64,000 nucleotides of DNA. It comes from a virus (Duplodnaviria > Caudoviricetes). A program made the position numbers and the translations under genes. Below are positions 1 to 10,400 of this stretch, piece after piece. Numbering within the stretch: the stretch's first letter is position 1; every line of letters starts with the position of its first letter. The stretch covers positions 1 to 64,000 of the IMG/VR virus record IMGVR_UViG_3300037067_024509. One strand, given 5' to 3'. The notes under the pieces are model-generated. The model had not been told where the DNA came from. It searched no databases and saw nothing but the letters and a program-made list of their open reading frames with translations.

Positions 1-1950
1 GATGATGATACTTGGAAATTATTTGGATCTTTAATTAAGGAAAAGACTGCTAATTATGATGTTGATGGATTGGTAACTCCTAAATTATATCACAAACTGA
101 AACTAATTAATGAATTAAAGAATAATGGTGAATTTAAAAATTTTAGCTTAACTAGTAATAAACCATATTTTTATTATTTTTATAATAGTGATAGTATGAT
201 TAAGTTTGTTTTTGATGATTCTAATTTTTGGATTGATATTAATAGACAATTTTTAATTAGTAAAATTATTGCTAGATCATTTTGTATTGGTGGTGTTGGT
301 ATTGATGGTATTACTGGAATTAGGGGAATTAGTGGTACTCCAGCTAATAGAGAATGTTATATTGTTAAAATAAATAACAAGTTCTCTATTAGTATTCCTA
401 CTCCTTTATCTGATCAACCTATTTCTGTTCGCGGGTTTAAAAGGGACAAACAGGTTTTTGAGGTTTTAGTTGGTCTTGATGGTTCTATTCCTAAAAATGA
501 TTATTTTAAGAGTCTTTCTTTTAAAAATAATGAACTTGTTGGTGAATTAATTGGCGATTATGATTTGAAAGCTAGACAACGCGGGCCTGTTGGTTATGTT
601 GGTTCTGATGGTGTTGATTATTTGCAGATTAAATCTGATATTTTAAATCAAGCTGATAATTTATATAAATGTGCTGTTATTAATTTTAGATCTTCTGCTG
701 TTGATGGTCAATTAGTTTGGAAAAAGAATGATTTATTGTTTTCTCCTAATTGTGTTTTTGGTGTTAGTGCTGATGGTGGTATTAGTAATGGTGATTTGTT
801 TGTTGGTGTTGAACTTACAACTGATGAATGTAAGTTTATTGAAGTTGTTAATCCTGAGGTTATTCTTGATAAGTTAGGTTTGGATCTTCCTTCGTGGACT
901 CCAATTCCTGGTTGTTATGATCAGAGCAGGTTTAAGTTTGCTAATTTTGATTGGTATAAGCAGTTTGATCTTCCTTTTGATATTCTTCCTAATCCTGAGC
1001 CTAAGCTTACTAGTTGTGCTGTTCCTTTTTGGTTTTGTGGGAATTCAGGGAATCTGCCTTGTGATGATCAGATTGATATTAATATTCCTATTATGAATTA
1101 TGATAATAGTAGTAGTTCATCAAGTAGTTCTAGTTCTGAGTCATTACAATCAGAACAATCTAATAGTTCAGAATCATTAAGTAGTAATAGTTCAGAGTCA
1201 AATAGTTCTAATTCTTCTGATAGTTCTAAATCTTCTGAATCGTTTAGTACTAAATCTTCTGATAGTTCGCAATCAGTTAGTACGTTATCTTCAAATAGTT
1301 CTCAATCTTTGAGTACTCAGTCTTCAGATAGTTCTCAACAACTTAATTGTTGTGATTTTTCTTTATATAATGGAAAGACGCTTTCTATTACAGTTGAGAG
1401 TTGGCAGAATATATGGTCGCCATTTGATGGAAGTTGTGTAAATTATTATTCGAAACATGTATATACTGGTACTATGACTTCTGATTTTGATGATGATGGG
1501 TATTGTATTTATCAAAGATTAGAAAATGTTAGTCACGTATATGGTTCTATTGGAGAACCTACAACATGCCCATCAGATTGTTATGATTATCGGACTCCAG
1601 TAATAACTACTGAAGAGGACACGGAGACTGTATATTGGAAGTGTTGTAATGCTTCCGATTATGGTGGTGTCGGGAAAGTATACTTTCCTTCTGTTGGCTC
1701 TTTGGGAGAGCCACCTATTGCAGCTTTTTTGGCAGGTTCATATTGTGGGCCAGATACTTGTTACTTATCGTCGCCAGGTTCGGATAGGACAGAAACCATA
1801 CAATGCACATTAGACAGTACTTGTTTTAGTATGGATGCTGTAGCTATGTGTTGTCTTCATAAATACGAAAGTACTGATTGTACGCCTCCAATATATATAA
1901 CTGATCCATATTCTGTATATCGTTTGGAGTGGCATGTAACGATAACATAA
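1..1950 (+). CDS. Putative virion fibre/adhesin-like protein, paralog A (5'-truncated by window edge): short collagen G-X-X runs, conserved core, Ser-rich linker, Cys-rich C-terminus
   Basis: Frame is open from base 1 (DDDTWKLFGS... aligns with EDNTWKNIGV... of 2451..4448), so the true start is upstream of the window. GIDGITGIRGISGTP and GPVGYVGSDG triplets; Ser-rich tract at about 1102-1335; Cys-rich tail. Function is inferred from architecture only. Confidence 0.55.
   Translation, partial: DDDTWKLFGSLIKEKTANYDVDGLVTPKLYHKLKLINELKNNGEFKNFSLTSNKPYFYYFYNSDSMIKFVFDDSNFWIDINRQFLISKIIARSFCIGGVGIDGITGIRGISGTPANRECYIVKINNKFSISIPTPLSDQPISVRGFKRDKQVFEVLVGLDGSIPKNDYFKSLSFKNNELVGELIGDYDLKARQRGPVGYVGSDGVDYLQIKSDILNQADNLYKCAVINFRSSAVDGQLVWKKNDLLFSPNCVFGVSADGGISNGDLFVGVELTTDECKFIEVVNPEVILDKLGLDLPSWTPIPGCYDQSRFKFANFDWYKQFDLPFDILPNPEPKLTSCAVPFWFCGNSGNLPCDDQIDINIPIMNYDNSSSSSSSSSSESLQSEQSNSSESLSSNSSESNSSNSSDSSKSSESFSTKSSDSSQSVSTLSSNSSQSLSTQSSDSSQQLNCCDFSLYNGKTLSITVESWQNIWSPFDGSCVNYYSKHVYTGTMTSDFDDDGYCIYQRLENVSHVYGSIGEPTTCPSDCYDYRTPVITTEEDTETVYWKCCNASDYGGVGKVYFPSVGSLGEPPIAAFLAGSYCGPDTCYLSSPGSDRTETIQCTLDSTCFSMDAVAMCCLHKYESTDCTPPIYITDPYSVYRLEWHVTIT
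747..1193 (+). repeat. 447-bp dispersed direct repeat, copy 1 (partner 3257..3703)
   Basis: Direct reading: both copies begin taattgtgtttttggtgttagtgctgatggtggtattagtaatggtgat and end gaatcattaagtagtaatagttc, at a constant offset of 2510 bp. Differences are mostly synonymous. Confidence 0.95.
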
Positions 1951-2002
1951 CAATTACATAATTATTCAATAATTTCATAATGATAAATAATTTGGAGGTT
2001 TT

Positions 2003-2431
2003 ATGGATAGAGAAATTCATCTTTATGTTGATGGTAGGTCATTTAACAATTATGGATCTGGTTTTGCTGTTGTTATGATTTCTAAAAATAATAAGTGGTT
2101 AAGATCATTAGTTTATGGTAAGTATTCTGTTAATCAAATTGATTTATTAGCTGTAAAATTTGCTTTACTTAGTATTAATAATCATGCTAAATCTTATAAA
2201 ATAACTGTTTATACTAAAAATGACTATATAGTTGGAGTGTTTAACAGGATTAATGGAATATATGTTCAAAATCCATCGTTCAATATTGATTTTATTAATG
2301 ATGTAAAGAAAATTATTGAAGGTAAAAATATTACTTTTGAAAAAGTAATAAATTCTGATATTTCTCAAATTTGTAAGGATATGGCTATTGATGCAGTTAA
2401 GAATAAGAAAATTGTAGATATAAAAAGATAG
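2003..2431 (+). CDS. RNase HI-fold protein, apparently catalytically degenerate
   Basis: YVDGRSFNNYGSGFAVV and NQIDLLAVKFAL match RNase HI motifs (FTDGSC..NPGPGG; NRMELMAA). The D70 and D134 equivalents read as K (YTKNDY; ICKDMA). Good RBS (ggagg). Confidence 0.7.
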   Translation: MDREIHLYVDGRSFNNYGSGFAVVMISKNNKWLRSLVYGKYSVNQIDLLAVKFALLSINNHAKSYKITVYTKNDYIVGVFNRINGIYVQNPSFNIDFINDVKKIIEGKNITFEKVINSDISQICKDMAIDAVKNKKIVDIKR

Positions 2432-2450
2432 TAGTCGAATATAACATTAG

Positions 2451-4448
2451 ATGACTGATTATTATCCAATTAATCCTAAAGATGCTGAAAAGTTTAAAAC
2501 TGAATCTGGATTGTCTATATTTAATAAGGAAGATAATACTTGGAAAAATATTGGAGTAGTTGATTTAAAATTAGCTTCTGAAAATATTGATGGACTAATA
2601 TATCCAGAATTATATGAAAAACTAAAATTATTAAAAGATGTCATAAATGATGGATTATATAATTTTAGTTTAACTAATAATAAACCATATTTTTACTTAT
2701 TTAATAACAGCGATAGTTTATTAAAATTCATATTTAGTAATAATGAATTGTGGATTGAAATAAATAAATCTTATTTAAACCAAAAAATTATTTCAAGATC
2801 ATTTGTTGGTGGTAGTAAAGGACGAGAAGGATTAGTTGGACAAGCTGGTAAATCTGGAGTACCAGCACCAAATGAAAGATTTTTAACTAATATAAATGGC
2901 ATAGTCGATATTAATTTATTTATTGATAATGATGGACCAATATCAATACGAGGATATAATAATCGTAAAGTTAAATTTTTTGAAGTATTACTAAATCTTG
3001 ATGGAACATATACTGATAATGAATATTTCGAATATATTAAATTAAATGGTAATAATTTGAAATTGAAATTAAAAGATTCATCATATCTTTTAAAAATAAG
3101 ACAACGTGGTCCAAAAGGATTTAATGGATTTGATGGTGTTAATTATGTAGAAATCAATTCATATAATAATAGTATTGATATTGTCAAAGATGTTATTACT
3201 AATTTTTATATATCTGGTAATAATTTTGTATTTAATAGATATATTTTAGATTCTTTTAATTGTGTTTTTGGTGTTAGTGCTGATGGTGGTATTAGTAATG
3301 GTGATTATTTTATTGGTGTTGAGTTGACGACTGATGAGTGCAAGTTTATTGAGATTGTTAATCCTGAGGTTGTTCTTGATAAGTTAAGTCTTGATCTTCC
3401 TGCTTGGACTCCGGTTCCTGGTTGTTATGACCAGAGCAGGTTCAGATTCGCTAATTTCGATTGGTATAAGCAGTTTGATCTTCCTTTTGATATTCTTCCT
3501 AATCCTGAGCCTAAATTGACTAGTTGTGCTGTTCCTTTTTGGTTTTGCGGTAATAGCGGTAATCTGCCTTGTGATGATCAGATTGATATTAATATTCCTA
3601 TTATGAATAATGATAATAGTAGTAGTTCATCGAGTAGTTCTAGTTCTGAGTCATTACAATCTGAACAATCTAATAGTTCAGAATCATTAAGTAGTAATAG
3701 TTCTGATAGTAATAGTAGTAATAGCTCAGAATCTAATTCATCAAATAGTAATAGCTCACAATCAATTAGTACTTTATCTTCAAATAGTTCACAGTCATTA
3801 AGTTCTCAATCGTTAAGTACAGATAGTTCATTATCATCTGGACCACATTGTTGTGATCAGGATTCATTATATTCTGGTAAGTCTTTAACTGCATACATGA
3901 CTGTAACAGATTATAGTGCTGATGGTGGTGGGCCACTTTATACCTGGACTGAAAAGATTTATGTATTCACTGGTTCTCATGTTTCTGGTAGTACTTTTAC
4001 TGGTACTGCTACTATATATACTTATACATATACTGAGGGTTGTTGTGATGGTTGGTCTGAGGGATGGACAAATTGTAGTAATCGACCATTTAATGATCCA
4101 GAACCAGAAATTGAAACAGTTAGTGGTGTTTTTGAAATAGTTTGTACTGAATCTGGTACTGTAATTTATACTCCTGATTCTAATGGTCTTTTTGATGATG
4201 CTCTTATTTCAGAAGTGATTGATGGTGATGGTGTAGCAAATTGTGGTTATGATTATGATTGTATTGATGCTGGAATTGATGCTCATACTATTAATTGTAG
4301 TGATTATTGGAATAGTGAATGTATGAGTGGTGGTGGTGGTAAATCAATATGTCAGACTAATTATTATCCGTATACTAATTGTGAAGATTTTTATACGATA
4401 AGTTCTGTTGTAAGTAAGAATATTTATATTAGTTATTTTATAACTTAA
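2451..4448 (+). CDS. Putative virion fibre/adhesin-like protein, paralog B (collagen runs, shared core, Ser-rich linker, different Cys-rich C-terminus)
   Basis: Paralogous to 1..1950 across the N-terminus and core; GSKGREGLVGQAGKSGVP triplets; Ser tract at about 3612-3840; C-terminal Cys-rich region not alignable by eye with paralog A. Confidence 0.55.
   Translation: MTDYYPINPKDAEKFKTESGLSIFNKEDNTWKNIGVVDLKLASENIDGLIYPELYEKLKLLKDVINDGLYNFSLTNNKPYFYLFNNSDSLLKFIFSNNELWIEINKSYLNQKIISRSFVGGSKGREGLVGQAGKSGVPAPNERFLTNINGIVDINLFIDNDGPISIRGYNNRKVKFFEVLLNLDGTYTDNEYFEYIKLNGNNLKLKLKDSSYLLKIRQRGPKGFNGFDGVNYVEINSYNNSIDIVKDVITNFYISGNNFVFNRYILDSFNCVFGVSADGGISNGDYFIGVELTTDECKFIEIVNPEVVLDKLSLDLPAWTPVPGCYDQSRFRFANFDWYKQFDLPFDILPNPEPKLTSCAVPFWFCGNSGNLPCDDQIDINIPIMNNDNSSSSSSSSSSESLQSEQSNSSESLSSNSSDSNSSNSSESNSSNSNSSQSISTLSSNSSQSLSSQSLSTDSSLSSGPHCCDQDSLYSGKSLTAYMTVTDYSADGGGPLYTWTEKIYVFTGSHVSGSTFTGTATIYTYTYTEGCCDGWSEGWTNCSNRPFNDPEPEIETVSGVFEIVCTESGTVIYTPDSNGLFDDALISEVIDGDGVANCGYDYDCIDAGIDAHTINCSDYWNSECMSGGGGKSICQTNYYPYTNCEDFYTISSVVSKNIYISYFIT
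3257..3703 (+). repeat. 447-bp dispersed direct repeat, copy 2 (partner 747..1193)
   Basis: See copy 1. Encodes NCVFGVSADGGISNGD...SESLSSNS, nearly identical in both proteins. Confidence 0.95.
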
Positions 4449-6095
4449 TTATTTCCATATTATTGCTTCTTTGAACCATTTTGGCAATAATGATTTTGAT
4501 CTTGCAAAAAATGATTTAAAATCTTCATCTAATATATAAGTGTCAGCATAGTCTGTTTCTGATCTTATTGATCTACCATAAGCTTGGCAAATTCGTAAAG
4601 CAGTTAAATAATTGTAATAATCTTGCGATATTTTCATTCTCATTTCTAATTGTGGATCTTCTTTAAATGCTGGATATGGCACTTTGAGTATTATTTGGAA
4701 ACGAGAAAGGTCGTCTTTCATATCGACGCCTTCGTGTATTGCTGGTGCTATAATTATTCCATTTTTACTTTCTGAATGTGCAATTAACATTTTTTCTTTG
4801 TCTTGATAATCTTTTTGGAAGAATAATCTTTTTCTTAATTCTGGTGTTGAGTTGTTTAAAACATAACTTGTTAATTCAAAGCTTTGTGAATGTATTATTC
4901 CTCTATCTTTTTCGTGTTTTGAACATATTTTTTCTATGTCTTTGATCATTATTGGTATTGTTTTTTCTTTATTTTTATAACTCATACTTCCGCTAGGTTT
5001 ATAATGTATTAATCTATTTTCTATTGGGAATGTACTATCTATTGATATATATTCGTAATCATCTTGTTTAATTCCTAAACAATCAGCCACTATTTTTACG
5101 TCTAGTATTGTTCCACTCATCATTAATATATGCTCTGCTTTACTGAATAATATTGGGTTTGCAAAGTTTTTAACAAATAATGGTTTTAAGGTTACGCTTC
5201 TATATGTTTTTTTATTTTCGTATTTTACTACCCAATCTTCTCCACTTGATACTGTTTGTTTGAATTCTTTATATTTTAGTCCTATTCCTTTCCAATATGT
5301 TTCGTCTTCTTCATTTCCTGAGGTTAATGCTTCTTTAATGTTAGATATTATGGTGTCTGGTATACCATTATCTTCGAAGAATATTAGGTATTCTTCTGCT
5401 GTTTCAAGTTTTGGAAATTCTAAGTTAAATGGTGTATCAACGAATGATAACGATATATAATTCATTAGTACGGATTCGCTTAAATGACATTCATCAATAG
5501 TTAGTAGGTCTTTGTAACTCCATAATGATTTTGCTATTTCAGTTTGAAATATGAAGCTATGATAATTCATTAATACTGCATCTGAATTTGCTGCTTTATC
5601 TCTCTGTATGTAGTATGGGCAGCAATGAATACCATTTTCTTCATCTTCACAAAATTTAAATCTGCTTTTACCTTTCTTTTTGCATTCTCCACGAGCACAA
5701 TCCAATTTTAGATTTACCATATCTTCTAGATGTTGTTTTTCAGCTAATGATAATGTTTTATCTTGTAATTTTCTTTCATAATAATTACATGGATATGCAT
5801 TGCGACCTTTTAATTCTATCATTGGTTGATTATTGTTTGTCCATATTCCTGTTTCGCCAAAGTCTTTTGATAATTGTGATTGTAACATTTTTTGTGCTGT
5901 TATATAATAATATGTTTGGAAATAATTTCCAATTGTATACCCTATTGCTGATTTTCCTGAACCTACTGGTGCTTCTATGAATACAAATTTTTTTCCAGAC
6001 TCAAATGCTTCTATTGCTTTATATATTAATTCTAATTGTCCTGGTCTTGCTTTTGGATATGGAAAGCAGGATTTTATTTTGTTTATATCTAGCAT
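4449..6095 (-). CDS. dinG: DinG/XPD-family SF2 helicase with probable Fe-S cluster domain
   Basis: Q motif (RPGQ), Walker A APVGSGKS, LKGRNAYPC plus Cys-rich segment, IDECH, EGVDM, KVPYP, QAYGRSIRSETD motif VI. Confidence 0.9.
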   Translation of the reverse strand: MLDINKIKSCFPYPKARPGQLELIYKAIEAFESGKKFVFIEAPVGSGKSAIGYTIGNYFQTYYYITAQKMLQSQLSKDFGETGIWTNNNQPMIELKGRNAYPCNYYERKLQDKTLSLAEKQHLEDMVNLKLDCARGECKKKGKSRFKFCEDEENGIHCCPYYIQRDKAANSDAVLMNYHSFIFQTEIAKSLWSYKDLLTIDECHLSESVLMNYISLSFVDTPFNLEFPKLETAEEYLIFFEDNGIPDTIISNIKEALTSGNEEDETYWKGIGLKYKEFKQTVSSGEDWVVKYENKKTYRSVTLKPLFVKNFANPILFSKAEHILMMSGTILDVKIVADCLGIKQDDYEYISIDSTFPIENRLIHYKPSGSMSYKNKEKTIPIMIKDIEKICSKHEKDRGIIHSQSFELTSYVLNNSTPELRKRLFFQKDYQDKEKMLIAHSESKNGIIIAPAIHEGVDMKDDLSRFQIILKVPYPAFKEDPQLEMRMKISQDYYNYLTALRICQAYGRSIRSETDYADTYILDEDFKSFFARSKSLLPKWFKEAIIWK

Positions 6096-6133
6096 TTTCG
6101 TTCTTGTTATTTTATTTGGTGGTAATTAATAAT

Positions 6134-7123
6134 ATGGCTGAGTCTTGGCGTGGTTTGATTGCAGAAAGGTATGAAAATGGTATGTTCAGAGTAAAACCGC
6201 CAATTCCTTTAGTTAAGGTTGAAGATATACCTAAGAAATCAGTTGTTGAATTTGTTTCAAATACTTGTAAAGATATTAAAGAACCTGATGTTGTTCCAAT
6301 ACATAAGGAAGCGCCAGAATATAGTATAAAAGAAGATCAAGCTGCTGAAATGAAGTCTGATGAGGATATTGAAGAAATTAATCTGGATAATATATCGAAA
6401 CCAATTGGTGTACATAAGTTAAGTAATCTTAAAGTTTCATGGGTTGAAAATAGATCTAAGAATAAAGGTGATCTTCAAACTTTAGAATGGGGGAGAGAAC
6501 CAAATATTAGTTTTGTAACTGGTAAAATTCAATTTCCAGTTCCTATGTTTTGGGATTCAGAAGGTCATAAATTACATTTTGAAGATAGTGCTAGGGGTAG
6601 TTCTGTAATACTTGCTGGTCCTAGTGGTCAGCAGTATTCTGGACATCATTGTATTGGGGTTAACAATAAATTTTATTCTATGTTTAAGTTTATAACTTCA
6701 AGTTTTGATGATGTTAGCATTAATATGTTTAAATCGCAGTCTTTTAAATTTATGCCTCTCGAATATGCTAGAAAGATTAGACCTGATGGTGTTTATAATT
6801 TTCATAGTCCGTTTAATTGTTATTATATGAGGAATGATAAGTATCAACGTAATAATTTTTGGTATGAGGATAGTTTTTTTTATGATGATAATATTGCATA
6901 TAATGATTTGATTGTTAGTTTGAGATTGTTATATATTATTGGCTATAGAACTGTTTTTCTTGATGGTTTTGTTCCTAAAAATGGAGATTTTTCAATTTAT
7001 GATGATGTTATTAAGAATTCTGTTGGTAAATTAAAAATTTTTGATATTGGAATTAATGGTAATATTAGGAATATTGAGAAATTTAATCGTTCTAAAGCAA
7101 TGTCTTTATGTATATTATTATGA
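6134..7123 (+). CDS. Protein with C-terminal MptE-like/DUF115 (GT42/GT29-like) domain, divergent
   Basis: Start re-called to MAESW (ATG 6134); the longer ORF overlaps dinG. SVILAGPSG, CIGVN and LYIIGYRTVFLDGF resemble the GPS...N...G...I.L.G.D pattern also seen in 12543..13478. Confidence 0.5.
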   Translation: MAESWRGLIAERYENGMFRVKPPIPLVKVEDIPKKSVVEFVSNTCKDIKEPDVVPIHKEAPEYSIKEDQAAEMKSDEDIEEINLDNISKPIGVHKLSNLKVSWVENRSKNKGDLQTLEWGREPNISFVTGKIQFPVPMFWDSEGHKLHFEDSARGSSVILAGPSGQQYSGHHCIGVNNKFYSMFKFITSSFDDVSINMFKSQSFKFMPLEYARKIRPDGVYNFHSPFNCYYMRNDKYQRNNFWYEDSFFYDDNIAYNDLIVSLRLLYIIGYRTVFLDGFVPKNGDFSIYDDVIKNSVGKLKIFDIGINGNIRNIEKFNRSKAMSLCILL

Positions 7124-8173
7124 ATGACCAAAGTATTAATTACTGCTGATTGGCATTTCGGTCATCCAGAAAGATTGGATGATTTGAAATGGGCTTTTTT
7201 AAAGGTTATTGATTATTGTAGTGATAATAATATTAGTAAGATATTTATGCTTGGTGATTTGACTCATAATCGTGAATACTTAACACATGATGTTAGTAAT
7301 GTTATTATTGAATTATTTAATGAAATGAATTCTAGAAATATTGAGATGATATTGTTTCCAGGTAATCATGATATGTTTAATAGATTTAATTGGGATATTA
7401 CTTCATTAAAACCATTTAGCAATGTTGTTAATATTATTAATGATGTGTCTAATTTTGTTTATGGTGGTAGAAAATTTTGGTGTGTTCCATTTATTGAATC
7501 TGAAAAGGTTTATATGAAGGTTATTGATACTATTAGCAAGATGGCATCTAGTAATGATGTATTATTAACTCATATTGGCATTTCTGAAGCTACTTATAAT
7601 GTTTGTTTTTTGATTCAGAATTGGAGTATTGTTAATTTTGATAGTACTGTTTTTTCAAGAGTTTATGCTGGTCATTTTCATTGTCATCAGCAGGTTGGTA
7701 AGGCTTGGTATCCTGGTAGTCCTATAGCTTTTAGATTTGATGAAGGATTAGTTGATCATGGTTTTATTGTTTATGATATTGAAAATAATGATCATTCATT
7801 TATTAATATTAATGATATTGTTAGTGAATCAGATAGTATTCCTCCTGATTTTATTACATCTGATGATGTTGATTTGATTATTAATAATGTTAAAGGTAAT
7901 AATGTTAAAATTTTACTTAAGGATGGGCAAGATGAAGCTGAAATTAAGAAGAGATTGAGAGATGCTGGAGCTTTAAAAATTGTTACTGTAAAGCCAAAAG
8001 AAAAGGTTTTAAAATTTAATAAAGGTGAGATGCTTAAGGGTGGTAAAGATATTTTTGAATCTTGGATTAATTATGATAATCCAGACGGTCTTGATAAACA
8101 AATTTTGTTATCTCTTGAGAAAGATATTAGATCACAAACCAGATTAGAGGTTGAAGACCATGATATCGATTGA
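7124..8173 (+). CDS. Mre11/SbcD/gp47-like recombination nuclease
   Basis: TADWH, LGDL, PGNHD, LTH, AGHFH metallophosphoesterase motifs; adjacent to the Rad50-like ATPase. Confidence 0.92.
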   Translation: MTKVLITADWHFGHPERLDDLKWAFLKVIDYCSDNNISKIFMLGDLTHNREYLTHDVSNVIIELFNEMNSRNIEMILFPGNHDMFNRFNWDITSLKPFSNVVNIINDVSNFVYGGRKFWCVPFIESEKVYMKVIDTISKMASSNDVLLTHIGISEATYNVCFLIQNWSIVNFDSTVFSRVYAGHFHCHQQVGKAWYPGSPIAFRFDEGLVDHGFIVYDIENNDHSFININDIVSESDSIPPDFITSDDVDLIINNVKGNNVKILLKDGQDEAEIKKRLRDAGALKIVTVKPKEKVLKFNKGEMLKGGKDIFESWINYDNPDGLDKQILLSLEKDIRSQTRLEVEDHDID

Positions 8174-10400
8174 TTACGTTGAATTTAGGAATTTTTTAGG
8201 CTATGGTGATTATGTCACTAAATTATCGTTTAGTGATTATAAGGGTATTGCGCTTATAACTGGTGAATTTGATGATCATGATACTCCAGGCGATGAGAGA
8301 AGATGTGGCGCTGGTAAGACTTCTATTATAGAAGCTATAGTTTATTGTTTGTTTGGTAGTTTAACATATATTGAAAAGCCAGGTGATAAAGTTGTTAATT
8401 GGAATACTGGTAAAAATTGTTATGTTAAGATTAGAACTATTGATGGTTATGAAATAATTCGTACTAGAAAAATGTCTGGTAATAATGAATTAATAATTTT
8501 AAAAGATGGTGAAGATGTTACTAAATCTACATCAATACCAAGTCAAGAATTTATTAATAATACTTTTAAAATAGATTATAGAACATTTGTTGTTAGTGTA
8601 GTGTTTGGTCAATTGAGTGAAGGATTTCTTAGTGTTACAGATTCTAAAAGGAGAGCGATTTTTGAAAGATTTATTAAAATTACATCATTTAATTCTATAG
8701 CTGCTACGGCTAAAGAATTTATTAATAAATTAGAAACATCCATATCAGGACTTGATTCAAAGATTGATGTTTTAAAACAATCAAAGGAATCTATTGATGT
8801 TGAAATAATTAGTTTACTTAATAAAGTTAAGGAATTTGATTTAAGTAAAGAAAAGCAAATTAATGACATTAAAAATTATCTTAATAATAATAAAATTAAT
8901 TCTGAATTAAAAATTGATAAAGTTAAATCTGAAATAGATGTATTAAATGAAAAAGCTAAAAAGTTTATAATGGTTGATGTTGATGATGTGAAATTTGAAT
9001 GGAAGAGATATGATGAACTGAAATTAGAAAATGATAAACGACTTGCAAATAAGAATGAACTTATTCAATTAAAATCAAAATTTGAGATTAAACTTAGTGG
9101 AGTTATTGCTGAATTAAAAGGATATAATGATAAATTGGCATATATTAAAATTGTAGATGAAAAAGAATTAGAAAAACAATTTGATAATTATAATAAATCA
9201 ATTGGCCAAATTAAAGATCTTAAAACTAAAAAAGAATTGTTAGTTAAAAATATTAATAATATTGAATTTAGAATTGGTAAATTGGAATCTGAAACCAATA
9301 CTAGTAATATTTCAAAAGTTAAGTTATTACAGGTTTGTGATAAATGTTTTAATGAAATAAACAGTAGTCGTATTGAAAAAGTCATTAATGAAAAGAAATT
9401 GGAACTTGATTCTATTAAGCTTGAATTAATTGAGTTAAAATCAGCAAAATCGAAAATTGATAATTTTATTGTTAAATTAGAATCTGTTGATGAGCCAGAA
9501 TTATCTGTTGAAACATTAAAAAGTAATATTAAATTAAGAGATGATATTGCTTCTAAAATAAATGATATTAATGCCTTAAAAATAAAATTGGAAGCTTCTA
9601 TTAAAGATTGTAATAATCAGATTGACAATATTGAGTTTGCTAATATTGTTAAGCCATCAACTACTATTGATGAAGCCGTTAATCAGAAGAATGATTATGA
9701 TAATATAAAGAAAGATATAACTATTAAGGAATCAGATATAATTAATATAAAAAATAGCTTTAAGGATGAAATAATTAGTGCTCAAGATAAAATTAACAAG
9801 ATTAGACTATCAGATAATCCTTATGCTGCGTTAATTTTTGATAAGAAATCAAAATTAGACGATTTGGTTATTAAAATTACATCAGAGATAGATGAATGTA
9901 ATAAATCTAAAAAGATTAGGCAACATGTTGAATATATTAAAGATAGTTATTATAATAAGAAGAAAATGAGAGCTTTCTGGATTAGTGAAATTATTCCCGC
10001 TCTTAATAAATTTATTAAATATTATTTTGATGCGTTTGAAATTAATAATTCTATAGAGTTTGATGAATTTTTAAATTATAAAACTGATAAGTGGGATTTT
10101 TCTACCCATTCTGGTGGTGAGAAGAAGGAGATTGATTTGAGCATAATGTTTGCTTTGAATGATATGCATTCTAATGTATTTGGTCAACAGTCTAATTTTA
10201 TGGTGCTTGATGAGGTCGATGGTAGGGTTGATCCGTTTATTATTAATAGACTTACATCACTGCTTAATGATGACATTGTGAAACGTGATAATGGGTTAAC
10301 TAATATATTTATTATATCTCATAAGGAATCTATGAAGGATAGGTTCCCTCATAAGATTAAAGTAAAAAATAAAGGAGGAAACGCATACATTGTTAAATAA
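8151..10400 (+). CDS. Rad50/SbcC/gp46-like SMC ATPase
   Basis: Walker A GAGKTS, Q-loop VFGQ, long coiled coil with CDKC zinc hook, HSGGE signature, VLDEVDG, IISH. Confidence 0.93.
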   Translation: MKTMISIDYVEFRNFLGYGDYVTKLSFSDYKGIALITGEFDDHDTPGDERRCGAGKTSIIEAIVYCLFGSLTYIEKPGDKVVNWNTGKNCYVKIRTIDGYEIIRTRKMSGNNELIILKDGEDVTKSTSIPSQEFINNTFKIDYRTFVVSVVFGQLSEGFLSVTDSKRRAIFERFIKITSFNSIAATAKEFINKLETSISGLDSKIDVLKQSKESIDVEIISLLNKVKEFDLSKEKQINDIKNYLNNNKINSELKIDKVKSEIDVLNEKAKKFIMVDVDDVKFEWKRYDELKLENDKRLANKNELIQLKSKFEIKLSGVIAELKGYNDKLAYIKIVDEKELEKQFDNYNKSIGQIKDLKTKKELLVKNINNIEFRIGKLESETNTSNISKVKLLQVCDKCFNEINSSRIEKVINEKKLELDSIKLELIELKSAKSKIDNFIVKLESVDEPELSVETLKSNIKLRDDIASKINDINALKIKLEASIKDCNNQIDNIEFANIVKPSTTIDEAVNQKNDYDNIKKDITIKESDIINIKNSFKDEIISAQDKINKIRLSDNPYAALIFDKKSKLDDLVIKITSEIDECNKSKKIRQHVEYIKDSYYNKKKMRAFWISEIIPALNKFIKYYFDAFEINNSIEFDEFLNYKTDKWDFSTHSGGEKKEIDLSIMFALNDMHSNVFGQQSNFMVLDEVDGRVDPFIINRLTSLLNDDIVKRDNGLTNIFIISHKESMKDRFPHKIKVKNKGGNAYIVK

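Noticed and set aside
1102-1335. agt/tca/tct-rich low-complexity tract as a non-coding microsatellite or iteron
   Set aside because: It is an in-frame Ser-rich linker using mixed Ser codons; the same applies to about 3612-3840.
747-3703. 447-bp repeat pair as a diversity-generating retroelement TR/VR
   Set aside because: Differences are mostly synonymous third-position changes in both directions rather than A-specific, both copies are mid-gene coding sequence, and no reverse transcriptase is visible in the window.
6005-6133. Hydrophobic N-terminal extension (apparent membrane anchor) on the 372-aa ORF
   Set aside because: It is the antisense of the dinG start; MAESW at 6134 is the more plausible start.
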